Positions 34,991 through 49,900 of a stretch of DNA of 64,000 bases are shown piece by piece. This stretch comes from Eledone cirrhosa (Eukaryota), in contig OZ024741.1 of NCBI GenBank assembly GCA_964016885.1, forward strand, positions 153,822,001-153,886,000. The letters run 5' to 3'. A program made the position numbers and the translations under genes. How positions within the stretch are numbered: position 1 is the first letter of the stretch; each line of letters begins with the position of its first letter. The notes below the pieces were generated by a model, which was not told the DNA's origin, made no database searches, and worked only from the letters and a program-made list of their open reading frames with translations.

Positions 34991-37900
34991 TCTTCTTTCT
35001 AATCCTAATACTAACCTGCTATTACACCTTGATCCTCCCACTTCTGGCTGAGTATACCTGATATCTAGCTTTTCTTCTATTTACCTGCTATTATACCTTG
35101 ATCTTCCCACTTCGGCTGAGTATACCTGATATCTAGCTTGTCTTCAATTTACCTGGTATTATACCTTGATCTTCCCACTTCTGGCTGAGTATAACTGATA
35201 TCTAGCTTTTCTTCTATTTACCTGCTATTATACCTTGATCTTCCCACTTCTGGCAGAGTATACCTGATATCTAGCTTGTCTTCAATTTACCTGGTATTAT
35301 ACTTTGATCTTCCCACTTCTGGCAGAGTATACCTGATATCTAGCTTGTCTTCTATTTACCTGCTATTATACCTTGATCTTCCCACTTCTGGCAGAGTATA
35401 CCTGATATCTAGCTCGTCTTCAATTTACCTGCTATTATACCTTGATCTTCCCACTTCTGGCAGAGTATACCTGATATCTAGCTTTTCTTCTATTTACCTG
35501 CTATTATACCTTGATCTTCCCACTTCTGGCTGAGTATATCTGATATCTAGCTTGTCTTCTATTTACCTGGTATTATACCTTGATCTTCCCACTTCTGGCT
35601 GAGTATATCTGATATCTAGCTTGTCTTCTATTTACCTGGTATTATACCCTGATCTTCCCACTTCTGGCTGAGTATACCTGATATCTAGCTTATCTTCTAT
35701 TTACCTGGTATCATACCTTGATCCTCCGACTTCTGGCTGAGTATTCCTGATATAGAGCTTGTCTTCTATTTACCTTGTATTATACCTTGATCCTCCCACT
35801 TCTGGCTGAGTATACCTGATATTATACCTTGACTTCTATTTAGCCGCTATTACGCCTCGATCTTCCCACTTCTGGCTGAATATACCTAAATCTAGCTTAT
35901 CTTCTATTTATCTGGTATTAAATCTTGATCTTGCCACTTCTGGCTGAGTATACCTGATATCTAGCTTGTATTCTATTTAACAGCTATTATACCTTGATCT
36001 TCCCACTTCTGGCTGAGTATACCTAAATCTAGCTTGTCTTCTATTTACCTTGTATTATGCCTTGATCTTCCCACTTCTGGCTGAGTATACCTGATATCTA
36101 GCTTATCTTCTATTAACCTGCTATTATACCTTGATCTTCCCACTTCTGGCTGAGTATATCTGATATCTAGCTTGTCTTCTATTTACCTGGTATTATACCT
36201 TGATCTTCCCACTTCTGGCTGAGTATACCTGATATCTAGCTTGTCTTCTATTTACCTTGAATTATACCTTGATCCTCCCACTTCTGGCTGAGTATACCTG
36301 ATATCTAGCTTATCTTCTATTAACCTGCTATTATACCTTGATCTTCCCACTTCTGGCTGAGTATACCTGATATCTAGCTTGTCTTCCATTTACCTGCTAT
36401 TATACCCTGATCCTCCCACTTCTGGTTGAGTATACCTGATATCTAGCTTGTCTTCTATTTACCTGCTATTATACCTTGATCTTCCCACTTCTGGCTGAGT
36501 ATATCTGATATCTAGCTTGTCTTTTATTTACCTGGTATTATACCTTGATCTTCCCACTTCTGGCTGAGTATACCTGATATCTAGCTTGTCTTATATTTAC
36601 CTGCTATTATACCTTCATCTTCCCACTTCTGGCTGAGTATATCTGATATCTAGCTTGTCTTCTATTTACCTGGTATTATACCTTGATCTTCCCACTTCTG
36701 GCTGAGCATACCTGATATCTAGCTTGTCTTCTATTTATCTGGTATTATACCTTGATCTTCCCACTTCTGGCTGAATATTCCTGATATCTAGCTTGTCTTC
36801 TATTTACCCGGCATTATACCTTGATCCTCCCACTTCTGGCTGAGTATACCTGATATCTAGCTTGTCTTATATTTAACTGCTATTATACCTTGATCTTCCC
36901 ACTTCCGGCCGAGTATACCTGATATCTAGCTTGTCTTCTATTTACCTGCTATTATCCCTTGATCTTCCCACTTCTGGTTGAGTATACATGATATCTAGCT
37001 TGTCATCTATTTACCTGCTATTATACCTTGAACCTCCCACATCTGGCTGAGTAAACCTTATATGTAGCTTGTATTCTATTTACCTTGTTTTATATCTTTA
37101 TCTTCCAACTTCTGGCAGAGTATAGCTGATATCTAGCTTGTCTTCTATTTAACAGCTATTATATCTTGATCTTCTCACATCTGGCTGAGTATACCTGATA
37201 TCTAGCTTGTCTTCAATTTACCTGCTAGTATACTTTGACCCTCCCACTTCTGGCTGAGTATACCTGATATCTAGCTTGTCTTCTATTTACCTTGTATTAT
37301 ACCTTGATCCTCCCTCTTCTGGCTGAGTATACCTGATATCTAGCTTGTCTTCTATTTACCTGGTATTATACCTTGATCTTCCCACTTCTGGCTGAGTATA
37401 CCTGATATCTAGCTTGTCTTCTATTTACCTGCTATTATACCTTGATCTTCCCACTTCTGGCTGAGTATACCTGATATCTAGCTTGTCTTCTATTTACCTG
37501 CTATTATACCTTGATCCTCCCACTTCTGGCTGAGTATACCTGATATCTAGCTTGTCTTCTATTAACCTGCTATTATACCTTGATCTTCCCACTTCTGGCT
37601 GAGTATACCTGATATCTAGCTTGTCTTCTATTTACCTGCTATTATAACTTGATCTTCCCACTTCTGGCTGAGTATACCTGATATCTAGCTTGTCTTCTAT
37701 TTACCTGCTATTATACCTTGATCTTCCCACTTCTGGCTGAGTATACCTAAATCTAGCATGTCTTCTAGTTACCTGCTATTATACCTTGATCTTCCCAATT
37801 CTGGCTGAGTATACCTGATATCTAGCTTGTCTTCTATTTACCTGCTATTATACCTTGATCTTCCCACTTCTGGCTGAGTATACCTGATATCTAGCTTGTC

Positions 37901-40900
37901 TTCTATTTACCTTGTATTATACCTTGATCCTCCCACTTCTGGCTGAGTATACCTGATATCTAGCTTATCTTCTATTAACCTGCTATTATACCTTGATCTT
38001 CCCACTTCTGGCTGAGTATACCTGATATCTAGCTTGTCTTCCATTTACCTGCTATTATACCTTGATCTTCCCACTTCTGGCTGAGTATAGCTGATATCTA
38101 GCTTGTCTTCTATTTACCTGGTATTATACCTTGATCTTCCCACTTCTGGCTGAGTATACCTGATATTTAGCTTGTCTTCTATTTACCTGCTATTATACCT
38201 TCATCTTCCCACTTCTGGCTGAGTATACCTGATATCTAGCTTGTCTTCTATTTACCTGCTATTATACCTTGATCTTCCCACTTCTGGCTGAGAATACCTG
38301 ATATCTAGCTTGTCTTCTATTTACCTGCTATTATACCTTGATCTTCCCACTTCTGGCTGAGTATATCTGATATCTAGCTTGTATTCTATTTAACAGCTAT
38401 TATAACTTGATCTTCCCACTTCTGGCTGAGTATACCTGATATCTAGCTTGTCTTCTATTTACCTGCTATTATACCTTCATCTTCCCACTTCTGGCTGAGT
38501 ATATCTGATATCTAGCTTGTCTTCTATTTACCTGGTATTATACCTTGATCTTCCCACTTCTGGCTGAGTATAACTGATATCTAGCTTGTCTTCTATTTAC
38601 CTGCTATTATACCTTCATCTTCCCACTTCTGGCTGAGTATATCTGATATCTAGCTTGTCTTCTATTTACCTGCTATTATACCTTCATCTTCCCACTTCTG
38701 GCTGAGTATACCTGATATCTAGCTTGTATTCTATTTAACAGCTATTATACCTTGATCTCCCCACTTCTGGCTGAGTATACCTAAGTCTAGCTTGTCTTCT
38801 ATTTACCTTGTATTATGCCTTGATCTTCCCACTTCTGGCTGAGTATACCTGATATCTAGCTTATCTTCTATTAACCTGCTATTATACCTTGATCTTCCCA
38901 CTTCTGGCTGAGTATATCTGATATCTAGCTTGTCTTCTATTTACCTGGTATTATACCTTGATCTTCCCACTTCTGGCTGAGTATACCTGATATCTAGCTT
39001 GTCTTCTATTTACCTGGTATTATACCTTGATCCTCCCACTTCTGGCTGAGTATACCTGATATCTAGCTTATCTTCTATTAACCTGCTATTATACCTTGAT
39101 CTTCCCACTTCTGGCTGAGTATACCTGATATCTAGCTTGTCTTCCATTTACCTGCTATTATACCCTGATCCTCCCACTTCTGGCTGAGTATACCTGATAT
39201 CTAGCTTGTGTTCTATTTACCTGCTATTATACCTTGATCTTCCCACTTCTGGCTGAGTATATCTGATATCTAGCTTGTCTTCTATTTACCTGGTATTATA
39301 CCTTGATCTTCCCACTTCTGGCTGAGTATACCTGATATCTAGCTTGTCTTCTATTTATCTGGTATTATACCTTGATCTTCCCACTTCTGGCTGAATATTC
39401 CTGATATCTAGCTTGTCTTCTATTTACCCGGCATTATACCTTGATCCTCCCACTTCTGGCTGAGTATACCTGATATCTAGCTTGTCTTATATTTACCTTC
39501 TATTATACCTTGATCTTCCCACTTCCGGCCGAGTATACCTGATATCTAGCTTGTCTTGTATTTACCTGCTATTATACCTTGATCTTCCAACTTCTGGCTG
39601 AGTATAGCTGATAACTAGCTTGTCTTGTATTTACCTGCTATTATACCTTGAACCTCCCACTTCTGGCTGAGTATACCTGATATCTAGCTTGTCATCTATT
39701 TACCTGCTATTATACCTTGATCTTCCAACTTCTGGCTGAGTATAGCTGATATCTAGCTTGTCTTGTATTTACCTGCTATTATACCTTGAACCTCCCACTT
39801 CTGGCTGAGTATACATGATATCTAGCTTGTCATCTATTTACCTGCTATTATACCTTGATCTTCCCACTTCTGGCTGAGTATATCTGATATCTAGCTTGTA
39901 TTCTATTTAACAGCAATTATACCTTGATCTTCCCACTTCTGGCTGAGTATACCTGATATCTAGCTTGTCTTCTATTTACCTGCTATTATACCTTGATCTT
40001 CCCACTTCTGGCTGAGTATATCTGATATCTAGCTTGTCTTCTATTTACCTGGTATTATACCTTGATCTTCCCACTTCTGGCTGAGTATACCTGATATCTA
40101 GCTTGTCTTCTATTTACCTGCTATTATACCTTCATCTTCCCACTTCTGGCTGAGTATATCTGATATCTAGCTTGTCTTCTATTTACCTGCTATTATACCT
40201 TCATCTTCCCACTTCTGGCTGAGTATACCTGATATCTAGCTTGTCTTCTATTTACCTGCTATTATACCTTCATCTTCCCACTTCTGGCTGAGTATATCTG
40301 ATATCTAGCTTGTCTTCTATTTACCTGGTATTATACCTTGATCTTCCCACTTCTGGCTGAGTATACCTGATATCTAGCTTGTCTTCTATTTATCTGGTAT
40401 TATACCTTGATCTTCCCACTTCTGGCTGAATATTCCTGATATCTAGCTTGTCTTCTATTTACCCGGCATTACACCTTGATCCTCCCACTTCTGGCTGAGT
40501 ATACCTGATATCTAGCTTGTCTTATATTTACCTGCTATTATACCTTGATCTTCCCACTTCCGGCCGAGTATACCTGATATCTAGCTTGTCTTGTATTTAC
40601 CTGCTATTATACCTTGATCTTCCAAATTCTGGCTGAGTATAGCTGATATCTAGCTTGTCTTGTATTTACCTGCTATTATACCTTGAACCTCCCACTTCTG
40701 GCTGAGTATACATGATATCTAGCTTGTCATCTATTTACCTGCTATTATACCTTGATCTTCCAACTTCTGGCTGAGTATAGCTGATATCTAGCTTGTCTTG
40801 TATTTACCTGCTATTATACCTTGAACCTCCCACTTCTGGCTGAGTATACATGATATCTAGCTTGTCATCTATTTACCTGCTATTATACCTTGATCTTCCA

Positions 40901-43900
40901 ACTTCTGGCTGAGTATAGCTGATATCTAGCTTGTCTTGTATTTACCTGCTATTATACCTTGAACCTCCCACTTCTGGCTGAGTATACATGATATCTAGCT
41001 TGTCATCTATTTACCTGCTATTATACCTTGATCTTCCCACTTCTGGCTGAGTATATCTGATATCTAGCTTGTATTCTATTTAACAGCTATTATACCTTGA
41101 TCTTCCCACTTCTGGCTGAGTATACCTGATATCTAGCTTGTCATCTATTTACCTGCTATTATACCTTGATCTTCCAACTTCTGGCTGAGTATAGCTGATA
41201 TCTAGCTTGTCTTGTATTTACCTGCTATTATACCTTGAACCTCCCACTTCTGGCTGTGTATACATGATATCTAGCTTGTCATCTATTTACCTGCTATTAT
41301 ACCTTGATCTTCCAACTTCTGGCTGAGTATAGCTGATATCTAGCTTGTCTTGTATTTACCTGCTATTATACCTTGAACCTCCCACTTCTGGCTGAGTATA
41401 CATGATATCTAGCTTGTCATCTATTTACCTGCTATTATACCTTGATCTTCCCACTTCTGGCTGAGTATATCTGATATCTAGCTTGTATTCTATTTAACAG
41501 CAATTATACCTTGATCTTCCCACTTCTGGCTGAGTATACCTGATATCTAGCTTGTCTTCTATTTACCTGCTATTATACCTTGATCTTCCCACTTCTGGCT
41601 GAGTATACCTGATATCTAGCTTGTATTCTATTTAACAGCTATTATACCTTGATCTCCCCACTTCTGGCTGAGTATACCTAAATCTAGCTTGTCTTCTATT
41701 TACCTTGTATTATGCCTTGATCTTCCCACTTCTGGCTGAGTATACCTGATATCTAGCTTATCTTCTATTAACTTGCTATTATACCCTGATCTTCCCACTT
41801 CTGGCTGAGTATATCTGATATCTAGCTTGTCTTCTATTTACCTGCTATTATATCTTGATCTTCCCACTTCTGGCTGAGTATACCTGATATCTAGCTTGTC
41901 TTCTATTTACCTGTTATTATACCTTGATCCTCCCACTTCTGGCTGAGTATACCTGATATCTAGCTTATCTTCTATTAACCTGCTATTATACCTTGATCTT
42001 CCCACTTCTGGCTGAGTATACCTGATATCTAGCTTGTCTTCCATTTACCTGCTATTATACCCTGATCCTCCCACTTCTGGCTGAGTATACCTGATATCTA
42101 GCTTGTGTTCTATTTACCTGCTATTATACCTTGATCTTCCCACTTGTGGCTCAGTATATCTGATATCTAGCTTGTCTTTTATTTACCTGGTATTATACCT
42201 TGATCTTCCCACTTCTGGCTGAGTATACCTGATATCTAGCTTGTCTTCTATTTACCTGCTATTATACCTTCACCTTCCCACTTCTGGCTGAGTATATCTG
42301 ATATCAAGCTTGTCTTCTATTTACCTGGTATTATACCTTGATCTTCCCACTTCTGGCTGAGTATACCTGATATCTAGCTTGTCTTCTATTTATCTGGTAT
42401 TATACCTTGATCTTCCCACTTCTGGCTGAATATTCCTGATATCTAGCTTGTCTTCTATTTACCCGGCATTACACCTTGATCCTCCCACTTCTGGCTGAGT
42501 ATACCTGATATCTAGCTTGTCTTATATTTACCTGCTATTATACCTTGATCTTCCCACTTCCGGCCGAGTATACCTGATATCTAGCTTGTCTTGTATTTAC
42601 CTGCTATTATACCTTGATCTTCCAACTTCTGGCTGAGTATAGCTGATATCTAGCTTGTCTTGTATTTACCTGCTATTATACCTTGAACCTCCCACTTCTG
42701 GCTGAGTATACATGATATCTAGCTTGTCATCTATTTACCTGCTATTATACCTTGATCTTCCAACTTCTGGCTGAGTATAGCTGATATCTAGCTTGTCTTG
42801 TATTTACCTGCTATTATACCTTGAACCTCCCACTTCTGGCTGAGTATACATGATATCTAGCTTGTCATCTATTTACCTGCTATTATACCTTGATCTTCCA
42901 ACTTCTGGCTGAGTATAGCTGATATCTAGCTTGTCTTGTATTTACCTGCTATTATACCTTGAACCTCCCACTTCTGGCTGAGTATACATGATATCTAGCT
43001 TGTCATCTATTTACCTGCTATTATACCTTGATCTTCCAACTTCTGGCTGAGTATAGCTGATATCTAGCTTGTCTTGTATTTACCTGCTATTAAACCTTGA
43101 ACCTCCCACTTCTGGCTGAGTATACATGATATCTAGCTTGTCATCTATTTACCTGCTATTATACCTTGATCTTCCCACTTCTGGCTGAGTATATCTGATA
43201 TCTAGCTTGTATTCTATTTAACAGCTATTATACCTTGATCTTCCCACTTCTGGCTGAGTATACCTGATATCTAGCTTGTCTTCTATTTACCTGGTATTAT
43301 ACCTTGATCTTCCCACTTCTGGCTGAGTATATCTGATATCTAGCTTGTCTTCTATTTACCTGGTATTATACCTTGATCTTCCCACTTCTGGCTGAGTATA
43401 CCTGATATCTAGCTTGTCTTCTATTTACCTTCTATTATACCTTCATCTTCCCACTTCTGGCTGAGTATATCTGATATCTAGCTTGTCTTCTATTTACCTG
43501 CTATTATACCTTCATCTTCCCACTTCTGGCTGAGTATACCTGATATCTAGCTTGTATTCTATTTAACAGCTATTATACCTTGATCTCCCCACTTCTGGCT
43601 GAGTATACCTAAATCTAGCTTGTCTTCTATTTACCTTGTATTATGCCTTGATCTTCCCACTTCTGGCTGAGTATACCTGATATCTAGCTTATCTTCTATT
43701 AACTTGCTATTATACCTTGATCTTCCCACTTCTGGCTGAGTATATCTGATATCTAGCTTGTCTTCTATTTACCTGGTATTATACCTTGATCTTCCCACTT
43801 CGGGCTGAGTATACCTGATATCTTGCTTGTCTTCTATTTACCTGGTATTATACCTTGATCCTCCCACTTCTGGCTGAGTATACCTGATATCTAGCTTATC

Positions 43901-46900
43901 TTCTATTAACCTGCTATTATACCTTGATCTTCCCACTTCTGGCTGAGTATACCTGATATCTAGCTTGTCTTCCATTTACCTGCTATTATACCCTGATCCT
44001 CCCACTTCTGGCTGAGTATACCTGATATCTAGCTTGTGTTCTACTTACCTGGTATTATACCTTGATCTTCCCACTTGTGGCTGAGTATATCTGATATCTA
44101 GCTTGTCTTTTATTTACCTGGTATTATACCTTGATCTTCCCACTTCTGGCTGAGTATACCTGATATCTAGCTTGTCTTCTATTTACCTGCTATTATATTT
44201 TCATCTTCCCACTTCTGGCTGAGTATATCTGATATCTAGCTTGTCTTCTATTTACCTGGTATTATACCTTGATCTTCCCACTTCTGGCTGAGTATACCTG
44301 ATATCTAGCTTGTCTTCTATTTATCTGGTATTATACCTTGATCTTCCCACTTCTGGCAGAATATTCCTGATATCTAGCTTGTCTTCTATTTACCCGGCAT
44401 TATACCTTGATCCTCCCACTTCTGGCTGAGTATACCTGATATCTAGCTTGTCCTCTATTTACCTGCTATTATACCTTGATCCTCCCACTTCTGGCTGAGT
44501 ATACCTGATATCTAGCTTGTCTTCTATTTACCTTGTATTATACCTTGATCCTCCCACTTCTGGCTGAGTATACCTGATATCTAGCTTATCTTCTATTAAC
44601 CTGCTATTATACCTTGATCTTCCCACTTCTGGCTGAGTATACCTGATATCTAGCTTGTCTTCCATTTACCTGCTATTATACCTTGATCTTCCCACTTCTG
44701 GCTGAGTATAGCTGATATCTAGCTTGTCTTCTATTTACCTGGTATTATACCTTGATCTTCCCAGTTCTGGCTGAGTATACCTGATATCTAGCTTGTCTTC
44801 TATTTACCTGCTATTATACCTTCATCTTCCCACTTCTGGCTGAGTATACCTGCTATCTAGCTTGTCTTCTATTTACCTGCTATTATACCTTGATCTTCCC
44901 ACTTCTGGCTGAGAATACCTGATATCTAGCTTGTCTTCTATTTACCTGCTATTATACCTTGATCTTCCCACTTCTGGCTGAGTATATCTGATATCTAGCT
45001 TGTATTCTATTTAACAGCTATTATACCTTGATCTTCCCACTTCTGGCTGAGTATACCTGATATCTAGCTTGTCTTCTATTTATCTGCTATTATACCTTCA
45101 TCTTCCCACTTCTGGCTGAGTATATCTGATATCTAGGTTGTCTTCTATTTACCTGGTATTATACCTTGATCTTCCCACTTCTGGCTGAGTATACCTGATA
45201 TCTAGCTTGTCTTCTATTTACCTGCTATTATACCTTCATCTTCCCACTTCTGGCTGAGTATATCTGATATCTAGCTTGTCTTCTATTTACCTGCTATTAT
45301 ACCTTCATCTTCCCACTTCTGGCTGAGTATACCTGATATCTAGCTTGTATTCTATTTAACAGCTATTATACCTTGATCTCCCCACTTCTGGCTGAGTATA
45401 CCTAAATCTAGCTTGTCTTCTATTTACCTTGTATTATGCCTTGATCTTCCCACTTCTGGCTGAGTATACCTGATATCTAGCTTATCTTCTATTAACCTGC
45501 TATTATACCTTGATCTTCCCACTTCTGGCTGAGTATATCTGATATCTAGCTTGTCTTCTATTTACCTGGTATTATACCTTGATCTTCCCACTTCTGGCTG
45601 AGTATACCTGATATCTAGCTTGTCTTCTATTTACCTGGTATTATACCTTGATCCTCCCACTTCTGGCTGAGTATACCTGATATCTAGCTTATCTTCTATT
45701 AACCTGCTATTATACCTTGATCTTCCCACTTCTGGCTGAGTATACCTGATATCTAGCTTGTCTTCCATTTACCTGCTATTATACCCTGATCCTCCCACTT
45801 CTGGCTGAGTATACCTGATATCTAGCTTGTGTTCTATTTACCTGCTATTATACCTTGATCTTCCCACTTCTGGCTGAGTATATCTGATATCTAGCTTGTC
45901 TTTTATTTACCTGGTATTATACCTTGATCTTCCCACTTCTGGCTGAGTATACCTGATATCTAGCTTGTCTTCTATTTACCTGCTATTATACCTTCATCTT
46001 CCCACTTCTGGCTGAGTATATCTGATATCTAGCTTGTCTTCTATTTACCTGGTATTATACCTTGATCTTCCCACTTCTGGCTGAGTATACCTGATATCTA
46101 GCTTGTCTTCTATTTATCTGGTATTATACCTTGATCTTCCCACTTCTGGCTGAATATTCCTGATATCTAGCTTGTCTTCTATTTACCTGGTATTATACCT
46201 TGATCTTCCCACTTCTGGCTGAGTATACCTGATATCTAGCTTGTCTTCTATTTACCTGGTATTATACCTTGATCCTCCCACTTCTGGCTGAGTATACCTG
46301 ATATCTAGCTTATCTTCTATTAACCTGCTATTATACCTTGATCTTCCCACTTCTGGCTGAGTATATCTGATATCTAGCTTGTCTTCTATTTACCTGGTAT
46401 TATACCTTGATCTTCCCACTTCTGGCTGAGTATACCTGATATCTAGCTTGTCTTCTATTTACCTGCTATTATACCTTCATCTTCCCACTTCTGGCTGAGT
46501 ATATCTGATATCTAGCTTGTCTTTTATTTACCTGCTATTATACCTTCATCTTCCCACTTCTGGCTGAGTATACCTGATATCTAGCTTGTATTCTATTTAA
46601 CAGCTATTATACCTTGATCTCCCCACTTCTGGCTGAGTATACCTAAATCTAGCTTGTCTTCTATTTACCTTGTATTATGCCTTGATCTTCCCACTTCTGG
46701 CTGAGTATACCTGATATCTAGCTTATCTTCTATTAACTTGCTATTATACCCTGATCTTCCCACTTCTGGCTGAGTATATCTGATATCTAGCTTGTCTTCT
46801 ATTTACCTGGTATTATACCTTGATCTTCCCACTTCTGGCTGAGTATACCTGATATCTAGCTTGTCTTCTATTTACCTGGTATTATACCTTGATCCTCCCA

Positions 46901-49900
46901 CTTCTGGCTGAGTATACCTGATATCTAGCTTATCTTCTATTAACCTGCTATTATACCTTGATCTTCCCACTTCTGGCTGAGTATACCTGATATCTAGCTT
47001 GTCTTCCATTTACCTGCTATTATACCCTGATCCTCCCACTTCTGGCTGAGTATACCTGATATCTAGCTTGTGTTCTATTTACCTGCTATTATACCTTGAT
47101 CTTCCCACTTGTGGCTGAGTATATCTGATATCTTGCTTGTCTTCTATTTACCTGCTATTATACCTTCATCTTCCCACTTCTGGCTGAGTATATCTGATAT
47201 CTAGCTTGTCTTCTATTTACCTGGTATTATACCTTGATCTTCCCACTTCTGGCTGAGTATACCTGATATCTAGCTTGTCTTCTATTTATCTGGTATTATA
47301 CCTTGATCTTCCCACTTCTGGCTGAATATTCCTGATATCTAGCTTGTCTTCTATTTACCCGGCATTACACCTTGATCCTCCCACTTCTGGCTGAGTATAC
47401 CTGATATCTAGCTTGTCTTATATTTACCTGCTATTATACCTTGATCTTCCCACTTCCGGCCGAGTATACCTGATATCTAGCTTGTCTTGTATTTACCTGC
47501 TATTATACCTTGATCTTCCAACTTCTGGCTGAGTATAGCTGATATCTAGCTTGTCTTGTATTTACCTGCTATTATACCTTGAACCTCCCACTTCTGGCTG
47601 AGTATACATGATATCTAGCTTGTCATCTATTTACCTGCTATTAAACCTTGATCTTCCAACTTCTGGCTGAGTATAGCTGATATCTAGCTTGTCTTGTATT
47701 TACCTGCTATTATACCTTGAACCTCCCACTTCTGGCTGAGTATACATGATATCTAGCTTCTCATCTATTTACCTGCTATTATACCTTGATCTTCCAACTT
47801 CTGGCTGAGTATAGCTGATATCTAGCTTGTCTTGTATTTACCTGCTATTATACCTTGAACCTCCCACTTCTGGCTGAGTATACATGATATCTAGCTTGTC
47901 ATCTATTTACCTGCTATTATACCTTGATCTTCCAACTTCTGGCTGAGTATAGCTGATATCTAGCTTGTCTTGTATTTACCTGCTATTATACCTTGAACCT
48001 CCCACTTCTGGCTGAGTATAGCTGATATCTAGCTTGTCTTCTATTTACCTGGTATTATACCTTGATCTTCCCAGTTCTGGCTGAGTATACCTGATATCTA
48101 GCTTGTCTTCTATTTACCTGCTATTATACCTTCATCTTCCCACTTCTGGCTGAGTATACCTGATATCTAGCTTGTCTTCTATTTACCTGCTATTATACCT
48201 TGATCTTCCCACTTCTGGCTGAGAATACCTGATATCTAGCTTGTCTTCTATTTACCTGGTATTATACCTTGATCTTCCCACTTCTGGCTGAGTATATCTG
48301 ATATCTAGCTTGTATTCTATTTAACAGCTATTATACCTTGATCTTCCCACTTCTGGCTGAGTATACCTGATATCTAGCTTGTCTTCTATTTATCTGCTAT
48401 TATACCTTCATCTTCCCACTTCTGGCTGAGTATATCTGATATCTAGGTTGTCTTCTATTTACCTGGTATTATACCTTGATCTTCCCACTTCTGGCTGAGT
48501 ATACCTGATATCTAGCTTGTCTTCTATTTACCTGCTATTATACCTTCATCTTCCCACTTCTGGCTGAGTATATCTGATATCTAGCTTGTCTTCTATTTAC
48601 CTGCTATTATACCTTCATCTTCCCACTTCTGGCTGAGTATACCTGATATCTAGCTTGTATTCTATTTAACAGCTATTATACCTTGATCTCCCCACTTCTG
48701 GCTGAGTATACCTAAATCTAGCTTGTCTTCTATTTACCTTGTATTATGCCTTGATCTTCCCACTTCTGGCTGAGTATACCTGATATCTAGCTTATCTTCT
48801 ATTAACCTGCTATTATAACTTGATCTTCCCACTTCTGGCTGAGTATATCTGATATCTAGCTTGTCTTCTATTTACCTGGTATTATACCTTGATCTTCCCA
48901 CTTCTGGCTGAGTATACCTGATATCTAGCTTGTCTTCTATTTACCTGGTATTATACCTTGATCCTCCCACTTCTGGCTGAGTATACCTGATATCTAGCTT
49001 ATCTTCTATTAACCTGCTATTATACCTTGATCTTCCCACTTCTGGCTGAGTATACCTGATATCTAGCTTGTCTTCCATTTACCTGCTATTATACCCTGAT
49101 CCTCCCACTTCTGGCTGAGTATACCTGATATCTAGCTTGTGTTCTATTTACCTGCTATTATACCTTGATCTTCCCACTTCTGGCTGAGTATATCTGATAT
49201 CTAGCTTGTCTTTTATTTACCTGGTATTATACCTTGATCTTCCCACTTCTGGCTGAGTATACCTGATATCTAGCTTGTCTTCTATTTACCTGCTATTATA
49301 CCTTCATCTTCCCACTTCTGGCTGAGTATATCTGATATCTAGCTTGTCTTCTATTTACCTGGTATTATACCTTGATCTTCCCACTTCTGGCTGAGTATAC
49401 CTGATATCTAGCTTGTCTTCTATTTATCTGGTATTATACCTTGATCTTCCCACTTCTGGCTGAATATTCCTGATATCTAGCTTGTCTTCTATTTACCTGG
49501 TATTATACCTTGATCTTCCCACTTCTGGCTGAGTATACCTGATATCTAGCTTGTCTTCTATTTACCTGGTATTATACCTTGATCCTCCCACTTCTGGCTG
49601 AGTATACCTGATATCTAGCTTATCTTCTATTAACCTGCTATTATACCTTGATCTTCCCACTTCTGGCTGAGTATATCTGATATCTAGCTTGTCTTCTATT
49701 TACCTGGTATTATACCTTGATCTTCCCACTTCTGGCTGAGTATACCTGATATCTAGCTTGTCTTCTATTTACCTGCTATTATACCTTCATCTTCCCACTT
49801 CTGGCTGAGTATATCTGATATCTAGCTTGTCTTCTATTTACCTGCTATTATACCTTCATCTTCCCACTTCTGGCTGAGTATACCTGATATCTAGCTTGTA